A stretch of DNA of 64,000 bases from an uncultured Acidobacteriaceae bacterium. GTDB lineage: Bacteria > Acidobacteriota > Terriglobia > Terriglobales > Acidobacteriaceae. The notes under the pieces were generated by a model, which saw only the letters and a list, made by a program, of their open reading frames with translations, was not told the DNA's origin and made no database searches. The stretch lies in contig OY970064.1 of NCBI GenBank assembly GCA_963705265.1, positions 5,193,390 to 5,257,389 of the forward strand, given 5' to 3'. Both the position numbers and the translations under genes were made by a program. This document shows, in pieces, positions 36,198-44,183 of the stretch. Each line of letters starts with the position of its first letter. Position 1 is the stretch's first letter.

Positions 36198-37247
36198 ATG
36201 CCTACGTACGATCGCGGTTTTCAACTCGGTTTGCTGCCAGAAAAGAAGTGGAACTGGCGGACCTTCGCAACCAGCTACGGAATCCTCGCGGCCCTGATTC
36301 TGCTTCTGATTGTAGTCGGGATCATGACTTCGGATACGTTGCTGAACACCGCGAATTACCACGTCACCGAATTGATACCTCGGCCTTCTCTGCGGCCGGA
36401 AAAACTACCCAAAGCGAAGCCACTGCCAATACACGCAAAATTGTTGCCGCCGGAGCCAGTGTTCCAGGCGCCGAAACTGATTGTGCCGCGCGAAGTGCGT
36501 GCGCCCAAACCACAGCAGCAGGAAGTTGAGGCGCCAAAGGTCGTCATGAACAACCTCGCGCCTGCTGTATTGAAGCCAACAAGTGGAGCGCGTCCGGTGC
36601 TGATTCACACTGGCGACTTTGCGGGAAGTTCGGTGGCGCCGACAGTGAATGCTCCAATTGAGAAAGTGCAGACCGGTGGATTCGGCGATCCGAATGGATT
36701 GAAGCCAAGCGACAACAGCAAGCCGAACGGCAAGCTGATCGCATCCACGGGCGGTTCGTTCGATATGCCGGTGGGAGCGGGACAAGGCAACGGATCAGGC
36801 GGCGCAAAAGGGATTAAGGGCACGGTGGCAAGCGCTGACTTTGGCAGCGGAGTAGCAACCGGGGGACAGGGCGACGGACGCAGAAGTGGCCGTGGCAATG
36901 TGCAGACCTCAGGCTTTGGCTCGCAGGAGATCGCGCAGAACACGCCCCATATTCAACGTGTCGATAATGGTCCGCCAACCTCGTCAGTCGAGATCACCTA
37001 CAAGCCCAACCCGGTTTATACGGAAGAAGCAAGAAATTTAAAACTGGAAGGCGAGGTTTTGCTCGAAGTCCAGTTCGCTGCGAATGGGCAGTTACACGTC
37101 AACCGCGTGGTCCGTGGACTAGGTCATGGACTTGATGAGGCTGCGATAGCCGCCGCCAACAAGATGCGTTTCAAGCCAGCCATGAGGAACGGGCAGGCTA
37201 TGGATTCAACAGCAGTAGTGCACGTCGTATTTCAAATGGCGTACTGA
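36198..37247 (+). CDS. tonB: Energy transducer TonB
   Basis: N-terminal TM anchor, a Pro/Lys-rich linker, and a C-terminal domain PNPVYTEEARNLKLEGEVLLEVQFAANGQLHVNRVVRGLGHGLDEAAIAAANKMRFKPA. GGAG lies 7 nt upstream. Confidence 0.8.
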   Translation: MPTYDRGFQLGLLPEKKWNWRTFATSYGILAALILLLIVVGIMTSDTLLNTANYHVTELIPRPSLRPEKLPKAKPLPIHAKLLPPEPVFQAPKLIVPREVRAPKPQQQEVEAPKVVMNNLAPAVLKPTSGARPVLIHTGDFAGSSVAPTVNAPIEKVQTGGFGDPNGLKPSDNSKPNGKLIASTGGSFDMPVGAGQGNGSGGAKGIKGTVASADFGSGVATGGQGDGRRSGRGNVQTSGFGSQEIAQNTPHIQRVDNGPPTSSVEITYKPNPVYTEEARNLKLEGEVLLEVQFAANGQLHVNRVVRGLGHGLDEAAIAAANKMRFKPAMRNGQAMDSTAVVHVVFQMAY

Positions 37248-37267
37248 CCACTTTGGAGACAAGAGTT

Positions 37268-39091
37268 ATGCGGAGATCTATGACGAAGTTTGCGAGCAGT
37301 ACGAATTGGATGGTTTTGGTTCTGCTGGCGTCAACCATGACGGCGGCAGCCCAGCAGCCGGCGTCCGCGCCGCAGAACCCACAGCCGGTCGCGGCAACGC
37401 AGCCAGATCAGTCGGCAGCTCAGCCGAGTCAGGCTCCAGCCAACCTGGCGCCTCCAACCACCATGGATCAGGTTGTAGATCGCGTGGTTCTGCGCGAAAA
37501 AGAGCTCATCAAGTTCTTGTCGCCGCGCACTCCAATTGTGGAAACCTACCTCCAGAACCTGACCCAGGATAAACAGCTGGGGCCGGTTCCTCAGGACGAT
37601 CATTACTTTCTGGGACGCATGGACTTGAGTGAGTCGATCGACCGCAGCGACTACCTCGACGGCAAAGGCAAAGACACCAAAGACGAAGGTATGGAGAAGC
37701 ATCTCCTGGGTGAGTTGACCAGAAAATTCAAGTTCCAATACCAGCCTCTGGGCTTTTCTTGGATGATCTTCGTCGACCGCAACGACTTTGATCGACAACA
37801 CTACGACTTCCACTATGCGCGACGTGAATTTCTGGGCGACGTACGCTGCCTGGTATTCGATCTGACGCCAAAGAAAGATGCCGGACGCGGACGTTTCCTC
37901 GGCCGTATCTGGGTCGAAGATCAGGAATTTAACATTGTGCGCCTGAATGGCACTTATGCGCGTCCGCAGCGCAATAACTATTACTTCCACATGGACAGCT
38001 GGCGTTTGAACCTGATTCCCGGCTACTGGGTGCCAGCTTACATCTACAGTGAAGAAGGCGACTTCACCGCCGGAGCTCAGAACAAGATTGCCTTCAAGGC
38101 GCAGACCCGCATGTGGGGATATAACCTCAAGGCGGCAACAGCGAATGACGAACTTACCAACATTCGTGTGGACAGCGTGAAAGACGATACGCCGACCGCA
38201 CAGGATGCAACTCCATTGGCCGCTGAGCGCGAATGGCAACAGCAAGCAGAAGACAACGTGGTCGAACGGTTAGAACGCGCCGGACTATTGGCCCCGGAAG
38301 GCGATGTTGACAAGATTCTGCAGACCGTAGTCAATAACATCGAGATCACGAACAATATCGAACTGCCGCGGCCGGTCCGGACGCGTGTTCTGACTACTTC
38401 TCCGCTGGAAACTTTCAGCGTCGGCAACACGATCATCGTAAGCCGCGGGCTGATCGACGTACTTCCGGATGAAGGCAGTCTGGCCATGGTGCTCGCTCAC
38501 GAACTGGCGCACATCGTTCTGGGACATAACCTCGGCAGCCAGTATGCATTCAATGACCGTATGCTGTTTTCCGACGAAGGGACTTACCAGAACCTTGGGT
38601 TCAAACATATTCCCGAAGAGGAAACGGCCGCCGACAAAAAAGCTATCGAGATGCTGAAGGCTTCTCCCTATGCTCAGAAACTGGATACGGCTGGGCTTTT
38701 CATCAAAGCTCTACAGGCGCGCGCTCCGCAATTGAGCGCTTTACTGCAAGCCCACCTCGGAAACAACATCACCGAAAACGGCACAGTCACGCGCATGGCC
38801 GCACTCGCCACTTCGGCACCGGCGCTCGACTGGAACAAGCTGGATCAGATCGCTGCGTTACCTCTAGGTGGACGCGTCAAGCTGAATCCATGGGATGACA
38901 AAGTGGAGATCGTGAAGGCACAGCCGGTTGCGATCACCTCGGCCCGCGACAAAATGCCGTTCGAAGTGACGCCGTTCTACCCAAGGCTGTCGCGATACAC
39001 CGCTGCCAGCGCGCCTGCGGCAACCACCGCAGCAGCGCCAGCAACGGCTGCGGATACAACCGCCAACGCCAGCCCTACCCCGTCGAACTAA
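37268..39091 (+). CDS. Secreted M48-family zinc metalloprotease
   Basis: Signal peptide and a Q/A/P-rich N-terminus. LAMVLAHELAHIVLGHN contains HExxH. GGAGA lies 8 nt upstream of ATG 37268; the track gives TTG 37253. Confidence 0.7.
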   Translation: MRRSMTKFASSTNWMVLVLLASTMTAAAQQPASAPQNPQPVAATQPDQSAAQPSQAPANLAPPTTMDQVVDRVVLREKELIKFLSPRTPIVETYLQNLTQDKQLGPVPQDDHYFLGRMDLSESIDRSDYLDGKGKDTKDEGMEKHLLGELTRKFKFQYQPLGFSWMIFVDRNDFDRQHYDFHYARREFLGDVRCLVFDLTPKKDAGRGRFLGRIWVEDQEFNIVRLNGTYARPQRNNYYFHMDSWRLNLIPGYWVPAYIYSEEGDFTAGAQNKIAFKAQTRMWGYNLKAATANDELTNIRVDSVKDDTPTAQDATPLAAEREWQQQAEDNVVERLERAGLLAPEGDVDKILQTVVNNIEITNNIELPRPVRTRVLTTSPLETFSVGNTIIVSRGLIDVLPDEGSLAMVLAHELAHIVLGHNLGSQYAFNDRMLFSDEGTYQNLGFKHIPEEETAADKKAIEMLKASPYAQKLDTAGLFIKALQARAPQLSALLQAHLGNNITENGTVTRMAALATSAPALDWNKLDQIAALPLGGRVKLNPWDDKVEIVKAQPVAITSARDKMPFEVTPFYPRLSRYTAASAPAATTAAAPATAADTTANASPTPSN

Positions 39092-39116
39092 GGCGGCGAT
39101 CAAGTTGATAGAAGCG

Positions 39117-39160
39117 CAGGCCGGGACCGGGAGAAATTCCGGCTTCCCGGCCTGTGTCTA
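39117..39160 (+). terminator. Hairpin terminator candidate after the M48 gene
   Basis: CAGGCCGGGA (39117-39126) pairs with TCCCGGCCTG (39145-39154). The downstream T-content is weak (TGTCTATT). Confidence 0.5.
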
Positions 39161-39302
39161 TTGGGGCTGAAATCGCTTCTAGGGCAGAAAGTTCGATTGT
39201 GGCGAAACACCGCGCCGAGACGGCCTTTTCATTCCTACCCAATCTTATCTGCATTTGCTACTATGGTGACCCTCGCGTTTCCTACTCCCAGGAGGGTTGC
39301 AA

Positions 39303-40820
39303 ATGAGCGGTGCGTTAACTCTTCGGAAAAGTTCTGTCTTCGCTGCCTGTGGCAGCTTTCAAGAAAGGTCGTGCATCTTGTCCAGGAAGTTTATTTTTAC
39401 AATGGTTTTGATCTCACTGATTGTCTCCGGCACCGTACTCGCCCAGACGCTGACCAGATTAAAGAATCAGCCGCCCGACGGAATTATCTACACCTTCCAG
39501 CTGACCGATGGCACCGTAATGGCACAAGGGGGCAACTGTGCCGATTGGTGGAAGCTTACGCCCGATAACACTGGCAGTTATGTCAACGGCACCTGGACGC
39601 AACTCGCCAGTCTCCCTTCCGGATATGCACCGTATGCCACGGCTTCAGCAGTCTTGGCTGACGGACGCCTGCTGCTCGAAGGCGGTGAATATTCCAACTG
39701 CGGCGCTGAATTTACGCTGACTAACCAAGGCGCCATCTATGATCCAGTAGCCAATACCTGGACCGCCGTGACCCCACCGAAAAACTGGGACTACATCGGA
39801 GATTCGCCATCGCTCGTCTTGCCCAACGGCGACTATGTGATCGGAAATAAACTCACCAAGCAAATGAGGGAACTCAATCCCAAGACTATGAAGTGGACGT
39901 CATTGCCTTCGACGGGCAAGAAAGATTTCGATGCCGAGGAGAGCTGGACTCTGTTGGCGGATGGGTCGATTCTGACAGCGGATGTGAAAGACGCTCCCAA
40001 TTCCGAGATCTATACGCCGTCGGCAAAGAAGTGGGTGACTGCCGGCAGCACGATCGTCGACCTGCATTCACCATCGCCGGACGGCTGCATCAATTATGGC
40101 CCTGGCGGCAGTCTTTGTTACTACCCGCCTGGGGAAATTGGACCAGCTATCCTTCGTCCCGATGGCACAGTCTTCGCTACCGGATCATATTCGAACAACA
40201 ACGGCCCGGGGAACACGGCCATTTATGACTCACTCACAGGCGTGTGGACTGCCGGTCCTGTCTTCCCGAACGACGACAACGCCGGCGATTCGTTCGCAGT
40301 CCTGCTTACCAATGGCAACGTGTTGGTGGAGGGCGACTCTGGAACTTCCTACATATTCAATGGGACGACCCTTAAAGCAGGAGCTTATACTCCGGGAAGC
40401 CTGATGATATTGCCTAACGGCCAAGTATTAGTCGGAGGTGGTACCACGGAAGTTTACACGTCCGTGGGAACTTACCAGACTTCATGGCAGCCGGCAATTT
40501 CGAGTTATCCATCAACGCTAACTCCGGGATCGACCTACCCAATCTCGGGTACGCAGTTCAACGGATTGTCGCAAGCCGGTTCTTTCGGAGACGAGTTTCA
40601 ATACGCGACGAATTATCCTCTGGTAAGGATTACAAATAACAGCACGCATCATGTGTTCTACGCTCGAACTCATGACCATAGCACCATGGGCGTGGCGACA
40701 GGCTCAGCAACGGTTTCGACCAACTTCGACGTACCGGCAACAATAGAAACAGGAGCCAGCACTTTGGTTGTAGTAGCAAACGGCATTCCTTCAGCAGCCG
40801 TTGATGTTACGATTCAGTAA
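39303..40820 (+). CDS. Secreted Kelch/galactose-oxidase-like beta-propeller protein
   Basis: Repeated ..W..L..LP......A..VLADGRLLLEGG-type blades. AGGAGG lies 7 nt upstream of ATG 39303. An alternative ATG at 39402 would give a cleaner signal peptide. Confidence 0.65.
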   Translation: MSGALTLRKSSVFAACGSFQERSCILSRKFIFTMVLISLIVSGTVLAQTLTRLKNQPPDGIIYTFQLTDGTVMAQGGNCADWWKLTPDNTGSYVNGTWTQLASLPSGYAPYATASAVLADGRLLLEGGEYSNCGAEFTLTNQGAIYDPVANTWTAVTPPKNWDYIGDSPSLVLPNGDYVIGNKLTKQMRELNPKTMKWTSLPSTGKKDFDAEESWTLLADGSILTADVKDAPNSEIYTPSAKKWVTAGSTIVDLHSPSPDGCINYGPGGSLCYYPPGEIGPAILRPDGTVFATGSYSNNNGPGNTAIYDSLTGVWTAGPVFPNDDNAGDSFAVLLTNGNVLVEGDSGTSYIFNGTTLKAGAYTPGSLMILPNGQVLVGGGTTEVYTSVGTYQTSWQPAISSYPSTLTPGSTYPISGTQFNGLSQAGSFGDEFQYATNYPLVRITNNSTHHVFYARTHDHSTMGVATGSATVSTNFDVPATIETGASTLVVVANGIPSAAVDVTIQ

Positions 40821-40841
40821 GAGAAGAAAGTTGAATTAATT

Positions 40842-40889
40842 AACTGCCCTTGCGTCTCCTGTAATCGGGAGATCCAAGGGCAGTTTTGC
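40842..40889 (+). terminator. Rho-independent terminator after the Kelch-like gene
   Basis: AACTGCCCTTG (40842-40852) pairs with CAAGGGCAGTT (40875-40885) and is followed by TTGC. Confidence 0.65.
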
Positions 40890-40894
40890 AAACG

Positions 40895-41160
40895 CCGCCG
40901 CCCGTGTAGAGCGGACATTCCTGTCCGCTGCCCTTGTTTTTGACTTTGACTTTGTTTTCGATTTTGAATTTTGTAGGACGAACCCGTGCCCGAGGGTGCC
41001 CCATCCTTGCGCGTTCTGTGCGCAAGAGCCTGCCCTGAGCGAAGCCGAAGGGGTGGGATTCCACAGAACCGTCCCCCTTGGGATTGGCGTAGCACATGAT
41101 TTTTGGGTGGCGCAGCGGTTTACCGCTACGATAAACCGCCCCATTTTTTACTGAGGTCGA
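40895..41160. repeat. Composite block of short hairpin/REP-like repeats
   Basis: AGCGGACATTCCTGTCCGCT hairpin (40910-40929). T-rich periodic tract TTGACTTTGACTTTGTTTTCGATTTTGAATTTTG. A GGTGCCCCA-headed hairpin (40995-41030) plus GAGCGAAGCCGAAGGGGTGGGATTCC. AGCGGTTTACCGCT hairpin (~41113-41126). Confidence 0.6.
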
Positions 41161-41204
41161 AGCCACGGCCTCGGACTGATTGTATTCGCTTAAAATTCGC
41201 TTCT

Positions 41205-41948
41205 AATAAAACTTAAAAAACTCCGTAAGTGGACAAGGAGATGTTGAAGGCGGTGATCGCAACTGATGATTCGTCGAAAGAAACGGAAGCATTGCGTGCG
41301 CGAGGGAAAGCCACTGCTGGCGCGGAGTTCGGCGAACCAGGAGTGGGCGCTGGATTTTGTGCACGATGCGGTGGAGTAGGGACGGGCGATCCGGGTGCTG
41401 AGTGTAGTCGATGCCTTTACGCGAGAGTGTCTGGCTTTGGAAGTGATACCAGTTTCGCCAGCCGCAGAGTGACGCGTGTGCTGGATGCGATCATCGCCGA
41501 GCGCGGGATAGCGGGAGCGATTCGGGTGGACAACGGGCCGGAATTCACCAGCCGGCATTTTTTGGCATGGTGCGTCGAACGGCAGATTGAACTGATCCAC
41601 ATTCAACCCGGCAAGCCGACGCAAAATGGGCGGATCGAAAGTTTTCACGGACGGCTACGGGAAGAATGTTTGCGCGTGAGCTGGTTTCAGAATCTGTTCG
41701 ATGCACGGCGGAAGATCGCGGCGTGGCGGATCGAGTACAACGAGGAGCGTCCGCACAGCAGCCTGAGCTACCGCACGCCGAAAGAGTTTGCTGTAGCGCA
41801 GGCGGCAGGCTTCTACATAGCTGAGCGAGAGGCAAGGGACTCAAACGCCGTCCCTTGCCCCTCGCGCTCCCCCATCCCGGCTCGAACCGGAGATGGAGAA
41901 CAAAAAAGTTGTCGTATTCTTACGTGATCGGAAATTGGGGGCAGATCA
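41205..41948 (+). mobile_element. 5'-truncated IS3-family (IS407-group-like) insertion sequence remnant
   Basis: Only the distal two-thirds of orfB is present; orfA and the left end are absent. The right end ...GGAAATTGGGGGCAGATCA (reverse complement TGATCTGCCCCCAATTTCC) resembles IS3/IS407 terminal inverted repeats (TGA...TCA). Confidence 0.7.
41266..41927 (+). pseudogene. IS3-family transposase orfB (rve integrase core), disrupted
   Basis: ..RRKKRK..PLLARSSANQEWALDFVHDAVE[TAG 41377-41379]GRAIRVLSVVDAFTRECLALEV[1-nt deletion near 41445]DTSFASRRVTRVLDAIIAERG..IRVDNGPEFTS..IQPGKPTQNGRIESFHGRLREECL..YNEERPHSSLSYRTPKEF. Confidence 0.85.
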
Positions 41949-41982
41949 CTGCCGCAATAGGTAAGGAAAGAGGACTTTGTTC

Positions 41983-42213
41983 ATGCCAGATTGGCACTCA
42001 CTTCTGAGGCCGCCGTATATTTTCTTAATATTTGGGTGCATCCTATTTTTCGCGGCCGTGGTTTGGACGTGCATCGGAAAAGCGAGGACACGCTTTCAGG
42101 GTTGGGTCTACCGCGCCGAAGAGCCGGTTGTGTTTTGGTTAGTGGTCGTAACGTATTATCTAGGTGGTATTTTGTTCATTGGGCTCTTCTTGTGTGTTAA
42201 CACTGTTCGATAG
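41983..42213 (+). CDS. Hypothetical small membrane protein (2 TM helices)
   Basis: YIFLIFGCILFFAAVVWTCIG and VVFWLVVVTYYLGGILFIGLFLCV. A purine-rich AGGAAAGAGG lies upstream. Confidence 0.4.
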   Translation: MPDWHSLLRPPYIFLIFGCILFFAAVVWTCIGKARTRFQGWVYRAEEPVVFWLVVVTYYLGGILFIGLFLCVNTVR

Positions 42214-42403
42214 CGAATTCTTGAGGCGGTCCGCAGCTGACCGTACTCCGCTCTATCAGGGAGAACCATGTTGCGGACGCCATGTGAGCGCGGTCGCATT
42301 TTTCTTCGGACGAGACTTATACTGCCAAGTCTGCAGCCCATACGCCGTGTTCCAGTCCTAGAGACAGGCTGAGGCATACGCCCTAGAAAGGAAGTACGAT
42401 CCG

Positions 42404-42712
42404 ATGCAGAAGAGACTCCGATGGATTATTGGAGCCAGTACCATTCTAATCGCTGTCGGGGTCTATGCGGTGTTGGCGCACCTTGCTCGTTCTTCCGGGC
42501 TTACAAAGACCGCACCGGCTACAAAACTTACGGAGACTGCCTCGTCCCAAATTGGTCCATTCGCTGTAGCCCCTCAGTTCGATGCCGCCGCGCCGTTCGT
42601 CAACGGCTTGGCGGAAGTTCGCGAAGGCGACGAGAAATCGGGCAAATGGGGTTATATCGATCAAGCCGGGTGGCCAACTTCTCCCGCGAAGTATAACTCC
42701 CTATCTCCTTAG
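42404..42712 (+). CDS. WG-repeat protein fragment (N-terminal TM plus a single WG repeat), probably 3'-truncated
   Basis: APFVNGLAEVREGDEKSGKWGYIDQAG is the WG/KWG repeat pattern. The ORF stops just before a hairpin-repeat copy at 42734. Confidence 0.45.
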   Translation: MQKRLRWIIGASTILIAVGVYAVLAHLARSSGLTKTAPATKLTETASSQIGPFAVAPQFDAAAPFVNGLAEVREGDEKSGKWGYIDQAGWPTSPAKYNSLSP

Positions 42713-42733
42713 CCTGGAAGGAAAACTAACTGG

Positions 42734-42810
42734 GGGTGCCCCACTTCTCGCGCACTTCGAGAAGTGGGCTTATTCATCACAAACGACCAGTGCGCGCCGT
42801 CACAGACGCA
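42734..42810. repeat. GGTGCCCCA-headed hairpin repeat (family 2), copy 2
   Basis: GGTGCCCCACTTCTCG CGCACTT CGAGAAGTGGG (11-bp perfect stem), then TTCATCACAAAC..GTGCGCGCCGTCACAGAC, which is shared with copy 3. Confidence 0.7.
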
Positions 42811-42922
42811 CAGTTCCTTCAACTGCGACAATGTTGCCTAGAGCAGAGCGGACGGCAGGGTGCCCATCTTATGAGCGCAGCGGCACTCAGAAAAGCGAGA
42901 CCCCGTTACTAACTCGATAGGA

Positions 42923-42949
42923 GGGGGGGGAGGGGGGGTGGGCGGTACC
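42923..42949. repeat. G-rich tract G8-A-G7-T-G3-C-GGTACC
   Basis: Read directly: GGGGGGGGAGGGGGGGTGGGCGGTACC. Confidence 0.9.
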
Positions 42950-43033
42950 TGACACGGTGACTGGCAGAACAATCCGCACATCTACATTTATCCTCTCAAT
43001 TTCGCGCTTTACAAGTGGGGGCGATGCGCCGCT

Positions 43034-43150
43034 GGGTGCCCCACTCATCGCGCTCTTTGCGATGAGTGGGTGCCGGGAACACCCGACTCGTCAATCCACA
43101 CGCGACCTTTTTTCATCACAAACCCGCTGTGCACCCCATCACAGACATCC
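43034..43150. repeat. GGTGCCCCA-headed hairpin repeat (family 2), copy 3
   Basis: GGTGCCCCACTCATCGC GCTCTTT GCGATGAGTGGG (12-bp perfect stem), then ..TTCATCACAAAC..GTGCACCCCATCACAGAC. Confidence 0.7.
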
Positions 43151-43381
43151 GCCGCGCCAAGCGCGATAATGATGATTCGTGTGTCCGCCTCTCAGGAGGC
43201 GACTAAACACTAGCCTCTGGCAGTCGCCCTTTGAAAACACGATTTGACGCAATAGCGCCGACTCACCCGCTCCGCAAAACCTGCGGATTTGCTGGGAAAT
43301 TGAGGACAGAGCCGAGCTAAGTCCTTATTTCTGAATATTTTGAAATTAACTACTTTAGAATCAATATTTTGGAGCAAATCC

Positions 43382-43394
43382 GGGGGGGGGTACC
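43382..43394. repeat. G9 homopolymer overlapping GGTACC
   Basis: CGGGGGGGGGTACC, 29 nt downstream of the HAD hydrolase stop (gene on the opposite strand). Confidence 0.9.
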
Positions 43395-43422
43395 AAACCC
43401 AGCACCAACGAAAATCGCCCAA

Positions 43423-44127
43423 CTAGAAGTGCTCTCGCAGGTCGCCGAAACGATCGACTACCAGCAGACGTTGCGCGACCGGAGCGGTCGCAAGCTCCTC
43501 ATGCTCCAGAATCCACGTGTTGCCATGCGGAATGAAGACGGCGTGCAGACCCGCGGCCAGCGCGGGATTGATGTCCGACTTCGGGCTGTTCCCGACCATC
43601 CACGTTGCATCCGCCGCAAGCGCGTATTTGGCGACGGCCGAGCGGTAAGTCGATTCGTTCTTCTCGGCTACGATCTCAACCGCGGAAAAATATTCGCTCA
43701 ATCCCGAGCGCGCAACTTTTCCCGACTGCTCGGCAGGATTTCCCTTGGTCATCATAATCAGGTGGTGGTATTCGCCGAGATATCGAAGTGTCTCCGGCAC
43801 GCCGGCAAGAACTTCGATTGGATGATCAGCGATTTGAGAAGCGAAGTTGCAAATGCGCTCGTGCAACTCCGGCGTGACCGGGTCAACCGAAAGCTTCTCA
43901 AAGGTTGAGACCAGCGAATGCGTGAAGCTGTGCAAGCCGTAGCCGTGTGTGACGATGGATTCTCGCTCCACGTCGTTCAGCACCTGGCGAACCATTTCGG
44001 GCGAGTATTCGCGATGGTTTAAAAAGGAAATGAACTTGGCGATCGCCCGTTCGAAATAGATATTATTTTCCCAGAGCGTGTCATCGGCATCGATGAACAA
44101 GGTCTGGGCGCCATTCTCTCCTCGCAT
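43423..44127 (-). CDS. HAD-superfamily hydrolase
   Basis: LFIDADDTLWEN (DxD motif I), MMTKGN.., MVGNSPKSDINPALAAGLHAVFI (motif IV). The start is ATG 44127 or TTG 44148. Confidence 0.75.
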   Translation of the reverse strand: MRGENGAQTLFIDADDTLWENNIYFERAIAKFISFLNHREYSPEMVRQVLNDVERESIVTHGYGLHSFTHSLVSTFEKLSVDPVTPELHERICNFASQIADHPIEVLAGVPETLRYLGEYHHLIMMTKGNPAEQSGKVARSGLSEYFSAVEIVAEKNESTYRSAVAKYALAADATWMVGNSPKSDINPALAAGLHAVFIPHGNTWILEHEELATAPVAQRLLVVDRFGDLREHF

Positions 44128-44183
44128 GTATTTATCATAACGGCTCAAAGTGGATTATTGCGCTTTGATAGACTTGTATTCCT

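Noticed and set aside
37331-38245. 304-aa minus-strand ORF
   Set aside because: It is antisense to the M48 protease gene, which carries the HExxH motif and a signal peptide. No motif of its own.
40814-41166. Three nested minus-strand ORFs (93-108 aa)
   Set aside because: All three are read-throughs of the hairpin-repeat block in three frames (for example ..RTRKDGAPSG.., ..AADRNVRST..), so they are repeat translations rather than genes.
43210-43422. 70-aa minus-strand ORF downstream of the HAD gene
   Set aside because: It spans the C9 run (read as PPP) and AT-rich non-coding sequence. No SD and no motif.
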